Program-made: the position numbers and the translations under genes
DNA from: Phycisphaerae bacterium
GTDB taxonomy: Bacteria > Planctomycetota > Phycisphaerae > FEN-1346 > JAACEH01
DNA length: 64,000 nt
Direction of reading: 5' to 3'
Assembly: GCA_012729015.1 (NCBI GenBank)
Contig: JAAYDY010000105.1
Coordinates: forward strand, 35,296-99,295
In this document: one piece after another, positions 19,670 through 29,169 of the stretch
Position numbering within the stretch: position 1 is the stretch's first letter
How the letters are laid out: each line of letters begins with the position of its first letter
The notes under the pieces: generated by a model
Database searches by the model: none
What the model saw: the letters and a program-made list of their open reading frames with translations, nothing else
What the model was told of the DNA's origin: nothing

Positions 19670-20761
19670 TCAGTTCGACAGCCCCGCGATATCGAACTCG
19701 ATGGCCGGCGGCGAAATGCCGGGCCAGATCCAGACGGCCTGCCCGAGCGGTCGGACATGACCGTCGGCATCGCTGAGCACGTCGGGGGTCGCGCGCAGCG
19801 GCGAGCCCTCGTCGTCGCCGGTACGCGGCTCGGACTTGACCAGAAACAGCATCCGTCGCCCCACGGCCACGGGATGCGGGCGTGCATCCGCTTCCTGGCT
19901 GCCGAAGTACAGGGCAACCGTCCCTCCGGCCGGCACGACGACGGGCAACGACAGCGCGGCGCCGACATGCCCGAGGGCAGCCTCCTCCTCGGGCGACTCG
20001 GGCCAGTGGTCCAGGTACACTCGCGGGAGGTCGTCGGAACCGGTCCTCCACACGGGAACCACGACCATCCATCGACAGCCCGCCAGATTCAGTGTCACGG
20101 TCTGCTGGCCGCTGTTGGTGAGTGTGATCGCCCAGCCGCCGATGTCCACGGTCCATTCGTCGGCGTCCACAAGGGCCGCACCTTCGGGGGGCACGGGCTC
20201 GGCCTCGTCGCCGGCGGGGCCAAGGCTGCGAATCGTCAGGTCCGGATAGAGCGTATGGGCGTCGCGCGGTTCCGGCAGCGAGGCCAGAAGCGAGGTCCAG
20301 AATCGCGGGGTGGGCGGCCACTGGTCGGGAGTCCATCCTGCCAGCGGGCGTCCCCAGCCGTCGAGCACGGCGCGCGTGCCGTCGGGGGCGGCCGATGGGA
20401 GGGTCAGATACGGGCCCGCCCAGCCGCGATAGCTCTGCCAGGTGGCGTCGTACAACCGCCGCACATTCCGCGGATCGGCGGCGTCGCGGCCGGCGTTTGG
20501 GGGGAACCGCGAGGCGTCCCAGAGATCGGCCCCGTCGACGGGCGGCCAGCCCATGTCGGCGAGGAAACCTCCGGCAGGCATCCCGGCGGCCGGCGCCGAC
20601 CCCAGAATGGCCTGCCGCACGGCGGCGAGGGCCCGCAGCGAGTCCTCGTGACGTCGTCGCCGGTCCAGGGTATCGGTGGCCGAGACCACCATCCCGGCGG
20701 TGACGGCGAGCAACGCCACGACCACCAGCAACTCCAACAGTGTCAGGCCGCGTCGGGTCAT
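19670..20761 (-). CDS. Pseudopilin/pilin with prepilin-type N-terminal cleavage/methylation domain (363 aa)
   Basis: MTRRGLTLLELLVVVALLAVTAG N-terminus. ATG 20761 directly follows the upstream stop. Confidence 0.7.
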   Translation of the reverse strand: MTRRGLTLLELLVVVALLAVTAGMVVSATDTLDRRRRHEDSLRALAAVRQAILGSAPAAGMPAGGFLADMGWPPVDGADLWDASRFPPNAGRDAADPRNVRRLYDATWQSYRGWAGPYLTLPSAAPDGTRAVLDGWGRPLAGWTPDQWPPTPRFWTSLLASLPEPRDAHTLYPDLTIRSLGPAGDEAEPVPPEGAALVDADEWTVDIGGWAITLTNSGQQTVTLNLAGCRWMVVVPVWRTGSDDLPRVYLDHWPESPEEEAALGHVGAALSLPVVVPAGGTVALYFGSQEADARPHPVAVGRRMLFLVKSEPRTGDDEGSPLRATPDVLSDADGHVRPLGQAVWIWPGISPPAIEFDIAGLSN

Positions 20762-20763
20762 GG

Positions 20764-21615
20764 TCACCTCGCCGGCGGCGTAAGGCCGGTCCAGACGATG
20801 GGCGTCCGAGCCCGCCGCATCGCCGCGTCCGCGGTCGCGGCATCGCGAAGCGACTGGGTCACCAGGCGAATGCCAAGATCCTGCCGCTCGTAGTCGTAGA
20901 CGAGTTCGTAGTTCGACACACAGACGTTCCGCGTCGCGTCGGTCGCATCCTGAAGGTAGTCCTGCGGACAACTGGCATACTGACTGGCCAACAGGGTCAG
21001 GTGGTACAGCCGTAGAGCATCGTCGCCGCAGTGCGTTTCGACGGCCTCGTCCCATCGCGATTCAGGAGGATTCGGGTCGTCAGGGTCATGGATGTCGGCA
21101 TCCTGGTGAGGCCGGACGACACATCGCACCTCGCGGAAGTCCAGCACAGTGACGGTCTGTCCGAGCACAGCCGGGCGCTGTGGCCATCGGCTGGAGAGTT
21201 CGGCCTTGATGTAGGGCCCGTTCCACCCGCGGCGCGTGGCGGGGTCGTAGACCCAGAGTCCGCGGGCGGGGTAGGCGGCACAGACGGGATCGCCGTCGGT
21301 GTCCAGGGCGGGATGGTCGCCGCCGTCGCGCCACCACCAGCCGTGATGGGCGTCGTCGGGGTCGGGCGACTGCATCAACTCGCACAGGAACTGCGGCGGC
21401 TCGCCCATGTCGAGGGCGAACTGGCGGACGGCATCGGCCAGTTGGCCGAGTTCGACCTGCCCGAGCCCCTGCTCGGCTTGATCCTGGACGCCGTTGTAGT
21501 GTACGAGGGCCACCCCCGCAATGACCGACAGCAGAGCGACGACAATCAGTAGCTCCGTGAGGGTGAATGCCCTGCGGGGGCCCCTGCTCTGCCGCGCCTG
21601 ATCACGTTGTCCCAT
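20764..21615 (-). CDS. Pseudopilin/pilin with prepilin-type N-terminal domain (284 aa)
   Basis: RRAFTLTELLIVVALLSVIAGVAL N-terminus. ATG 21615 preceded by GGAGG. Confidence 0.7.
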   Translation of the reverse strand: MGQRDQARQSRGPRRAFTLTELLIVVALLSVIAGVALVHYNGVQDQAEQGLGQVELGQLADAVRQFALDMGEPPQFLCELMQSPDPDDAHHGWWWRDGGDHPALDTDGDPVCAAYPARGLWVYDPATRRGWNGPYIKAELSSRWPQRPAVLGQTVTVLDFREVRCVVRPHQDADIHDPDDPNPPESRWDEAVETHCGDDALRLYHLTLLASQYASCPQDYLQDATDATRNVCVSNYELVYDYERQDLGIRLVTQSLRDAATADAAMRRARTPIVWTGLTPPAR

Positions 21616-21740
21616 GGCACACCTCCGACAAAGTGACGGGGCGCCGGTCGAACCGGGCGGTCCGACCGGCCCCGTTGACATCCCGACGGTCAGCGGACGG
21701 CGCGGAAGCGTCCCTGGCGTCGGGGGTTGAGTGTGCCCGC

Positions 21741-22745
21741 TCAGCTTCGCCAGTCGCTCTGATGCCGGGCCTGGCGGGCAGTCTCCATCTTCGGGCTCAA
21801 CACGCCGGCGATCTCGGCGTAGAGAATGCCCGTGCTCGAATGCATTCGAACGGCAACGATGTAGTGGTGGTAGTAGTTCTTGCCGACAGCGTCGTCCTGC
21901 GGCGGCTGGCTCATGCCGCCCTTGCGGGCGCCGACGATGGAGCAGTTGTTGCCGAGGCCGAACAGGAGCAGACGCTCGCCCGAGGGGGTCGTCGCGCTCG
22001 TCTCGATGTCGTCGCTCGTGTCATCCGGCGTGCCGTTGTCGTCGGAGGAGGTGGTGGTGTTGAGGGAGACGCCGAAGTAGTCGTACAGAGTCTTGCCGTT
22101 GCCGGTCTCGGGGTTGACGGTGAGCACGGGCTGACCGGCCGCCAGGGTCCGCGGGAACACCGGCGTGTCTTCGACGCGGAATCCTGGGCCGCTGGTGACG
22201 CCAGCGCCGGCGTACGGGCCGCGGTTGGCGTGGATCAGCAGCGGATTGTGGTCGTAGACGGTGGTCAGCCCCAGTTCCTTCAGTGCCTCCACATCGGAGG
22301 CGTTGAGGTAGTAGATGCCGACGCTGGCATTGGTGCTGGTCGTGCCGATGCCAAGACCGGCGGGATGCAGGCCGTGGTTCTGCGTCTTCTGATCGTCGGT
22401 CAGGGCATCGTCGCCCAGGGCGTTGTAACCCTTCATGCCGCGGTAGACGCCCGGAGCCGTCATGTCATAGAGCATGGAGGCGTCGGTCAGGAAGCTGCCG
22501 GCGGCGCCGTTGGCCGTCTGGTAGTCCAGCAGCGAGTCGAGGCTGTTCAGGGCTCCCTTGTTGAGCAGGACGAAATTCTGGAGCGCTCGCATCGTGGCAG
22601 CCTGGTTGGCGATGGAGACTTTCTGCTGAGCGTCTCTTTCGGCGTTGCCGAACAGCGTGAAGGCAATAGTCCCGAGCGCGGCCAGAATGGCAACGACCAG
22701 CAGCAGTTCGGCCAGCGTGAATGCTGTGTGTGTGCGACGTGTCAT
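21741..22745 (-). CDS. Pseudopilin/pilin with prepilin-type N-terminal domain (334 aa)
   Basis: HTAFTLAELLLVVAILAALG N-terminus. ATG 22745 preceded by GGAGG. Confidence 0.7.
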   Translation of the reverse strand: MTRRTHTAFTLAELLLVVAILAALGTIAFTLFGNAERDAQQKVSIANQAATMRALQNFVLLNKGALNSLDSLLDYQTANGAAGSFLTDASMLYDMTAPGVYRGMKGYNALGDDALTDDQKTQNHGLHPAGLGIGTTSTNASVGIYYLNASDVEALKELGLTTVYDHNPLLIHANRGPYAGAGVTSGPGFRVEDTPVFPRTLAAGQPVLTVNPETGNGKTLYDYFGVSLNTTTSSDDNGTPDDTSDDIETSATTPSGERLLLFGLGNNCSIVGARKGGMSQPPQDDAVGKNYYHHYIVAVRMHSSTGILYAEIAGVLSPKMETARQARHQSDWRS

Positions 22746-22808
22746 GACTTGGTCCTCCAAAGGCGTCTGCTCGTCCTGAGATCGTGGTGCTGCAACTGAA
22801 CCATCCGG

Positions 22809-24338
22809 TTACTGGCCCCCCTCATTGAACATCTCCTTGAGAATCTCGCGGGGCTTGTCACCGCCGTAGCGTTCCGGTTTCTCGGTGAGCGTGTGCTGCC
22901 GTGCGGTTCGAGCCGCCAGGGCTGCTTTCTCAGGCAACTGGGCGTATTGCTCGACGAAGCGCCAATCGCCCTGCTGTTCGGCGGCGGCGAGCAGTTGGCG
23001 TGCCTCGGCGGCGGCCCGGTCGGTCTGGCCGCGGATGCACCGCAGGACCAGATCAAGGGCCTCCCTCCGCAGGAGCCGCGATGCCGCTCCGTGCTGATGC
23101 GGGTCGATGCGGACCTGATCGACGAGGCCGCGGGCCTTGTCGGTGGCGCCGCTGCGAATCAGTTCCGTGGCGGCATTCAGGGCCAGGTCGGCTTGTTCGA
23201 CGGGCGCCAGGGCGTCGCCGCCCCAGTCCAGGCCGTGAAGGAAGACGGCTGCGGCCTGTTCGTGGCGGCCCTGGAGGGCGAGGACGCACCCGAGTTGCCC
23301 GGCCGCGGCGGCGCGGTTCACGGCGGACAAGCCGTCGGTCTGCTCGACGGCGGCCATGGCGTGGTGCAGGGCGATGTCGTTTTGCCCCAGGGCCATGTGG
23401 GCGGCAGACAGAACACGGCGGACCTCGTTCTGCGCCGCCGGATCGGCGGCAGCATCGGCCTGTGCCTGCCACTGGCCGGCGTAGCGTAAGGCCAGTTCGG
23501 GCATCCCCGTTTCGAGACACCCGTGGGCAAGGTAACCGCACCACTGGATTGCCGCGCGGCCGGAGACCACCGCATTGCCGACGGGAAGCAGGGACTCCAG
23601 GTCCGCGGCCAGTCGCACGGCATGGACGTCGCGTGCTTCGGCCACCAGTTGCCCGACCAGTTCGGTGCGTTGAGCGTCGGAGGGAGCCTGCCGATAGGCC
23701 TGGATGAGTCTGAGGGCTTGGCGGCGAGCGGCCGTCAGCCGCGTGGAGGCAGGGGCGGGCGCCTGTTGGGTCACAGCGTCGGTAGCCTCGGCAAGACAAC
23801 GGGCCCGGGCAGCCAGCAGGGCCTCCTCGTCCGCCCAGAGAGGCACAGTGTTTGCCTCAGCTTGGGATAGCATTGCAGCCGCTTCCTGCGGCAGACGGTC
23901 GTAGATCAGCGTCCGGGCAGTGGTGAGGGTGTCAAGAAGCTCCCTGGCGGCATTCGGCCCGCGGCGATAGGCGGCCAGGGCATCGACAAGGGCGGTCTCG
24001 CCGAAGGCTTCCTGCCATGACTGGGCGACGACCTCGGCGGCAGCGGGGCGCGCGGATGCGATCGCTCGCTCGAAGGCTCGCATGGCGGCCTCGGGCGATT
24101 CGGCCACAAGCCGGCGACGGCACGCCGCCTGTTCGTGCGACGACCAGCGTCCCAGCCGCTCCGCCAGGCGATTGGCGGCGGCGTCCAGCGACGCCTCCCA
24201 CGGGTCGGCCGACACGTGGGAAACGGACGGACCCTGGGCGGCATGGCGCAGGCGCGCATCGCGATTCGCGCCGTGGTCGCAGCCGGCGGCCGTCAGTGCC
24301 AGTGCCAGCGTCAGGACGATTCCCTTGGCGACTCTCAC
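22809..24338 (-). CDS. TPR-repeat lipoprotein, candidate secretin pilotin (PilF/PilW-like)
   Basis: Signal peptide with lipobox LTAAGC and Ala-rich helical TPR-like repeats. Immediately downstream of the secretin with a 4-nt overlap. Confidence 0.5.
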   Translation of the reverse strand: MRVAKGIVLTLALALTAAGCDHGANRDARLRHAAQGPSVSHVSADPWEASLDAAANRLAERLGRWSSHEQAACRRRLVAESPEAAMRAFERAIASARPAAAEVVAQSWQEAFGETALVDALAAYRRGPNAARELLDTLTTARTLIYDRLPQEAAAMLSQAEANTVPLWADEEALLAARARCLAEATDAVTQQAPAPASTRLTAARRQALRLIQAYRQAPSDAQRTELVGQLVAEARDVHAVRLAADLESLLPVGNAVVSGRAAIQWCGYLAHGCLETGMPELALRYAGQWQAQADAAADPAAQNEVRRVLSAAHMALGQNDIALHHAMAAVEQTDGLSAVNRAAAAGQLGCVLALQGRHEQAAAVFLHGLDWGGDALAPVEQADLALNAATELIRSGATDKARGLVDQVRIDPHQHGAASRLLRREALDLVLRCIRGQTDRAAAEARQLLAAAEQQGDWRFVEQYAQLPEKAALAARTARQHTLTEKPERYGGDKPREILKEMFNEGGQ

Positions 24339-26302
24339 GGCAGGCCTCCCGGCGTCACGGGGCGGAGCACGTCATCGAAGACATCGATCCGCGTGCGGGT
24401 CTTCTCGCCGACGGAGGTGTAGGGCATGGCCTTGTCGCCGCGCTCGAGGAACGGGTGCGACGACAGTGCCAGCAACCGTTCGCGGCTGGGGCCGGCTGCC
24501 TCGTCCGGGGCCATCATCACGTAGGGCGTGATGAGCAGCACGCGCTCGGTCTTGATCTGCTGCTGGACTTTCTGCCGGAACAGGAGACCGACGCCCGGCA
24601 GGTCGCCGATGACGGGCACCTTGTTCTCGGCCTGGGACTGAGTGGTCTGGATGAGGCCGCCGAGGGCGATGGTCATGCGGTCGCGTGCCACGACAACGGC
24701 GTCGATGTCGGTGTTGAAGGTCGTGTCCACCGTCAGCGGCGCGCCGCCCATGGGATTCGGCAGGGTGGCTCCGTTGGTGGTCAGGCTCGAGATGGACTGG
24801 CCGATGCGGAGCGATACGGTGCGGTCGGCGTTGATCCGCGGGGTGATCTCGAGCGACGAGCCGACGTCCACCATCTCGACCTCGGGGACGAGAATCTGGG
24901 TCGTGATGCCGTTCTCGGCCGTGACGGTGTCGAGGGAATAGGTTCGCAGCATCGGCCGCTTTTCGCCGACGAAGATGTTGGAGACTTCGTTGTTGGCGCA
25001 CATCAGCAGCGGCGCGCCGATGGACTGCACGCGGTTCTGGCTTTCGAGCAGTTGCAGGCGCAACTGGATGTACGAGTTCATGAACTGGTACACGAAGGAG
25101 TTGCCGGCGGCGGAAACGGAGCTGTTGACCGTGCCGATGATATTGCCGGCGACGGTGTCAGGCGTGGCGCCGGGCGTCAGGGGATTGAGGGGCTGGCCGT
25201 TGGCATTGCCGGAGGTGGGCTGGCCGAAGGCGGCGTTGAAGTCGAAGACCGAGTGGAATCCGTCGGCCAGGGTCACTTCGAGAATCTTTACCTCCAGGAG
25301 CACCTGCGACGTGGGGCGGTCCACGTCGGCGATCAGGGCGGCGATTTCGTCAATGGCCTCGCGGTCGGCCGTGCGGACGAGAATCATGTTGTTGGGACGG
25401 TTGACCGAGACGTAGATTCGCTGGGTCCGGTCCTGCCGGACAAGCTCCTGCTGGACCTTCGAGGCGGGCTCGGCGCCGGTGAGGCCCGACTGGGTATCCT
25501 TGCGACGCGCCTCCTCCAGAGCCCGCAACTCATCGGACGACCGGTCGGTCAACTGGGTGCGTCGGCCGCCGTAGAAGCCGGTGCCCTCGGTGCGGTAGAG
25601 CCCGCCGCCGTAGCGGTTGTCGGAGCGGGTCGAATCCCAGTTGTAGTAGGATCCCGAGCCGGACGCGTCGGAGGAGGTGCCGCTTTCGCTGAGCCTCTCG
25701 TCCGTGCCGAGGGACAACTCGACACGGTCCTCAAACAAGTCCTCGATCTGCCGGGCGACCAGCGTGGCGTTGGGGTACAGAAGCGTGAAGGTTCGCGTGA
25801 ACACCTCGGGCCGCACGACGAGATCCTGAAGGTACTCGTCGCGCGTCATCAGGCGGGTGACATGGCGCTGCTCGTCGTAGCGGAACCAGAGGCCGCTGAC
25901 GTGGCAGAGGGTCTCGACCGCAGTGGGCACGGATACGCCCTGAAGGAAGAGCGACACGCTCCGCTTGCCGGCCTCTTCGGTGCAGACGATGTTCTGGCCG
26001 GTCTCGCGTGACAAGGTCCACAGGGCGGACTGGAGGGTGACGTTCTTCAGGTTGAGAGCCCGGAGGGTCGGGCCCCGTGGACTGGTAGCCGGATCGACCT
26101 CGACGATAGCGACATGCTGGCGATCGTCGATGGGCACCTCAAAGGGGTTTCGCCCCGCGTCGCCGTTCTGCGTTGCCGCAACGCCCTGTGCGGCGGCATC
26201 CGGCGCGGCAGCCTCGGGCGTCGGCTGGGCGCGTGCCGGCACCCACGCCGCCAGCAGCGCGGCCACCGACACGATGGAGCAGATCTTGGAGCGGCTGAGC
26301 AT
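24335..26302 (-). CDS. Secretin (GspD/PilQ family)
   Basis: Signal peptide, N-domains, and the conserved secretin C-domain (…VPVIGDLPGVGLLFR…ERVLLITPYV). ATG 26302 preceded by AGGAG. Confidence 0.85.
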   Translation of the reverse strand: MLSRSKICSIVSVAALLAAWVPARAQPTPEAAAPDAAAQGVAATQNGDAGRNPFEVPIDDRQHVAIVEVDPATSPRGPTLRALNLKNVTLQSALWTLSRETGQNIVCTEEAGKRSVSLFLQGVSVPTAVETLCHVSGLWFRYDEQRHVTRLMTRDEYLQDLVVRPEVFTRTFTLLYPNATLVARQIEDLFEDRVELSLGTDERLSESGTSSDASGSGSYYNWDSTRSDNRYGGGLYRTEGTGFYGGRRTQLTDRSSDELRALEEARRKDTQSGLTGAEPASKVQQELVRQDRTQRIYVSVNRPNNMILVRTADREAIDEIAALIADVDRPTSQVLLEVKILEVTLADGFHSVFDFNAAFGQPTSGNANGQPLNPLTPGATPDTVAGNIIGTVNSSVSAAGNSFVYQFMNSYIQLRLQLLESQNRVQSIGAPLLMCANNEVSNIFVGEKRPMLRTYSLDTVTAENGITTQILVPEVEMVDVGSSLEITPRINADRTVSLRIGQSISSLTTNGATLPNPMGGAPLTVDTTFNTDIDAVVVARDRMTIALGGLIQTTQSQAENKVPVIGDLPGVGLLFRQKVQQQIKTERVLLITPYVMMAPDEAAGPSRERLLALSSHPFLERGDKAMPYTSVGEKTRTRIDVFDDVLRPVTPGGLP

Positions 26303-26502
26303 GGAATCTCCTTGCGACCCCGCAGTCTGATCGCAAGAGGGGCAAATCGTGTGCCAGAATGGAGCTACGGTCACGCCGCCGCGGCCGGAAGCATCAGGTG
26401 GCAGTTTCGAAATAAGCTTTCAGTGAATACCGGGGCAATGGCGGCGGAGCGATGCACATTGTTTGTGCAGCCAGGGGCGTGCGGTGTGCAGAAAGCAGGC
26501 CG

Positions 26503-27741
26503 TCAAGGGCGAGGGGCTGCCAGTTGGCGGTAGATGTCGAGGGCGGCCGGGAACGGCGTCAGGGCCCGCTGGAAGATGCCGAGGGACCAGGCGATGGTGA
26601 GGCCGTAGTTGGTGATCGGGACGCCGGCCTCGCGACAGCGGAGGATTCGCGAGAGCATCTCGCGGCGGTTCCAGACGCACGCGGCACAGTGGACCACCAG
26701 TTTGTAGGAAGCCATGTCGGCCGGGAAGTCGTGGCCCTGGGTGTGGTCGATGTGGAGTTTGCCGCCGACGTATTGCGTGAGCCACCGCGGAATCTTGACG
26801 GTGCCGATGTCCTCGCCGATCGGGTGATGCGAGCAGGCCTCGGCGATCAGGACGCGGTCGCCGGGCTTGAGGGATTCGATGGCCATGGCGCCGCGGACGA
26901 ACTCGTTGAGATCGCCCTTGAACCTCGCGAAGAGGATGGAAAAGGAGGTCATGGGAACAGCCTGCGGCGTGTCGCCGGCCACCTTGAGGAAGGCCTGACT
27001 GTCGGTCACGACAAGCGCCGGGGGACGATTGAGCCTGTCCAGGGCATCGCGCAGCTCGCGTTCCTTGACGACCATGCAGTAGGCGTCGTTGTCGAGCAGG
27101 TCGCGGATGGTCTGGACCTGGGGGACAATCAATCGGCCTTTGGGGGCCTCGAGGTCGATGGGAACGACGAGGACGGCCATGTCGCCGGGGGGGACGAGGT
27201 CGCCGATGATTGTGGGGGCGTTGACGAATTCCTCGGGCGCGGCACGGATGATGGCCTCGCGCAGATCGAGAACGCCATCGCCGCGACTGGCGACGGTCTC
27301 GACCATGGGCACCTTGGCCTCCTTGAGGCGTTGGACCACCTCGGGGCGCGGCGGGTGGAGATCGACCTTGTTGAAGACGGCGACGGCGGGCGTCTTGCGT
27401 CGGGTGAGTTCGTCGAGGATGGCGTCCTCGAACTGGCTCCAGTGCCCTGCCTCGGTGACGATGACGCCGAGGTCGGTTCGGTCGAAGACCTGTCGGGTTC
27501 GCTCGACGCGCATCTGGCCGAGGGCGCCGACGTCGTCGATGCCGGCCGTGTCGATGAAGAGGACGGGGCCCACCGGGAGCAGCTCCATGGGCTTCTCCAC
27601 CGGATCGGTGGTGGTCCCGGCGACGTCCGAGACAATGGAGACAGCCTGCCGCGTCATGGCGTTCAGCAGGGAGGACTTGCCGACATTGCGGCGTCCGAAG
27701 AGGCCGATGTGGAGGCGAAATCCCTTGGGGGCGGCTCTCAT
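26503..27741 (-). CDS. hydF: [FeFe]-hydrogenase maturation GTPase HydF
   Basis: N-terminal GTPase (GRRNVGKSSL, DTAG, NKVD) and C-terminal cluster-binding CxHx…HC motifs (EACSHHP, HCAACV). Real CDS is the C-terminal 412 aa of the ORF. Confidence 0.85.
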   Translation of the reverse strand: MRAAPKGFRLHIGLFGRRNVGKSSLLNAMTRQAVSIVSDVAGTTTDPVEKPMELLPVGPVLFIDTAGIDDVGALGQMRVERTRQVFDRTDLGVIVTEAGHWSQFEDAILDELTRRKTPAVAVFNKVDLHPPRPEVVQRLKEAKVPMVETVASRGDGVLDLREAIIRAAPEEFVNAPTIIGDLVPPGDMAVLVVPIDLEAPKGRLIVPQVQTIRDLLDNDAYCMVVKERELRDALDRLNRPPALVVTDSQAFLKVAGDTPQAVPMTSFSILFARFKGDLNEFVRGAMAIESLKPGDRVLIAEACSHHPIGEDIGTVKIPRWLTQYVGGKLHIDHTQGHDFPADMASYKLVVHCAACVWNRREMLSRILRCREAGVPITNYGLTIAWSLGIFQRALTPFPAALDIYRQLAAPRP

Positions 27742-29153
27742 GGGGTCTCCTTGTGCCCGGTCGGGCTCCCGAGACGCATGACGCTCTCGCCGGCGACCAG
27801 GGAATCGAACTGCTCGGCGGTCAGGAGTCCGGCGGCCATGGCGGCGTCGCGGACGGTCTGGCCCGAGCGTCGGGCTTCGGCGGCGATGCGCTGGGCGGCC
27901 TCGTATCCAACGGCGGCCACGAGGGCCGTGGCACTGGCCGTGGCGCCGTGGACCGTTCGCCGGCAGCGGTCTTCGTCGGCCTCGATGCCGGCGACGCACA
28001 GTCGCCGGAGGATGCCGCAGGCGGCCGTCAGCAGGTCGAGGCTTGTCAACAGTGCGTCGGCCACGAGGGGCAGGAAGGCATTGAGTTCCAGGTTGCCCAG
28101 GGAACATGCCATCGTGAGGGCGTGATCGTGAGCCATGACGGCCATGGCGGCCTGGCTGACGGCCTCGGGGATCACGGGGTTGACCTTGCCTGGCATGATG
28201 GAGGAGCCGGCCTGGCGCGGGGGCAGGCGGATTTCGCCAAGCCCGGCATCGGGCCCCGAGGCCAGCAGGCGAAGATCGCTCGACACTTTCAGAAGGTTCG
28301 AGGCGCACGCCTTGAGAATGCCGCTGACCTCGACGAAGACGTCGGCGTTCTGGGTGGCCTCAACGAGGTTCTCCGCGCGTCCGAGGCCGTAGCCGGTGAT
28401 CTCGCGGAGGTGATCGACCACGCGGAAGATGTACTGCCGCGGGGCGGCAAGGCCGGTGCCGATGGCTGTGCCGCCAAGATTAACGGTGCGGAGCCGCTCC
28501 TCGCACTTGTAGATGCGCCAGCGGTCGCGAGCGAAGGCTTCGGCGTAGGCGCCCATCTCGCGGCCGAGGGTGAGCAGAACGGCGTCCTGCAACTGCGTTC
28601 GGCCCACCTTCACGACGTGGGCCATCTGTTTCTCTTTGCGCTGGAACTCTTCGAGCAGGGCGACGACCTCGCGCTCCAGATCGCGCAGACGTCCGACGGC
28701 GGCCACCTTGAGGGCTGTCGGGTAAGTGTCGTTGGTGGACTGGTGCCGGTTGAGGTCTTCGGTGGGACTGACGGCAGCGTAGTCGCCCAGGGGCCGGCCG
28801 AGGAGTTGCAACGCGCGGTTGGCAAGAACCTCGTTGACGTTCATGTTGGTGGAGGTGCCTGCGCCGCCCTGAAGCGCATCGACGACGACGTGGGCATCGA
28901 GCCGGCCTTCGATCATCTCCTCGCAGGCGGCTTCAATGGCCGCGGCCGTGCGGTCGTCCCAGCATCCGAGTTCGCGGTTGGTCCGGGCGCAGGCCAGTTT
29001 GACGGCACCGTAGGCACGGACGAGCGCGGGGTTGACCGCGCGGCGGGCCAGCGGGAAGTTCTCGATGGCCCGCTCGGTGTGGATGCCATGCAGAGCGTGG
29101 GCGGGAACGTCCCGCTCGCCGAGAAGATCGTGTTCTTTGCGATAGGCAGTCAT
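27738..29153 (-). CDS. Aspartate ammonia-lyase / class II fumarase family protein
   Basis: GSSIMPGKVNP signature and full-length AspA/FumC similarity. Embedded between hydG and hydF with operon-type spacing. Confidence 0.8.
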   Translation of the reverse strand: MTAYRKEHDLLGERDVPAHALHGIHTERAIENFPLARRAVNPALVRAYGAVKLACARTNRELGCWDDRTAAAIEAACEEMIEGRLDAHVVVDALQGGAGTSTNMNVNEVLANRALQLLGRPLGDYAAVSPTEDLNRHQSTNDTYPTALKVAAVGRLRDLEREVVALLEEFQRKEKQMAHVVKVGRTQLQDAVLLTLGREMGAYAEAFARDRWRIYKCEERLRTVNLGGTAIGTGLAAPRQYIFRVVDHLREITGYGLGRAENLVEATQNADVFVEVSGILKACASNLLKVSSDLRLLASGPDAGLGEIRLPPRQAGSSIMPGKVNPVIPEAVSQAAMAVMAHDHALTMACSLGNLELNAFLPLVADALLTSLDLLTAACGILRRLCVAGIEADEDRCRRTVHGATASATALVAAVGYEAAQRIAAEARRSGQTVRDAAMAAGLLTAEQFDSLVAGESVMRLGSPTGHKETP

Positions 29154-29169
29154 GGTTGATCACCGGGGT

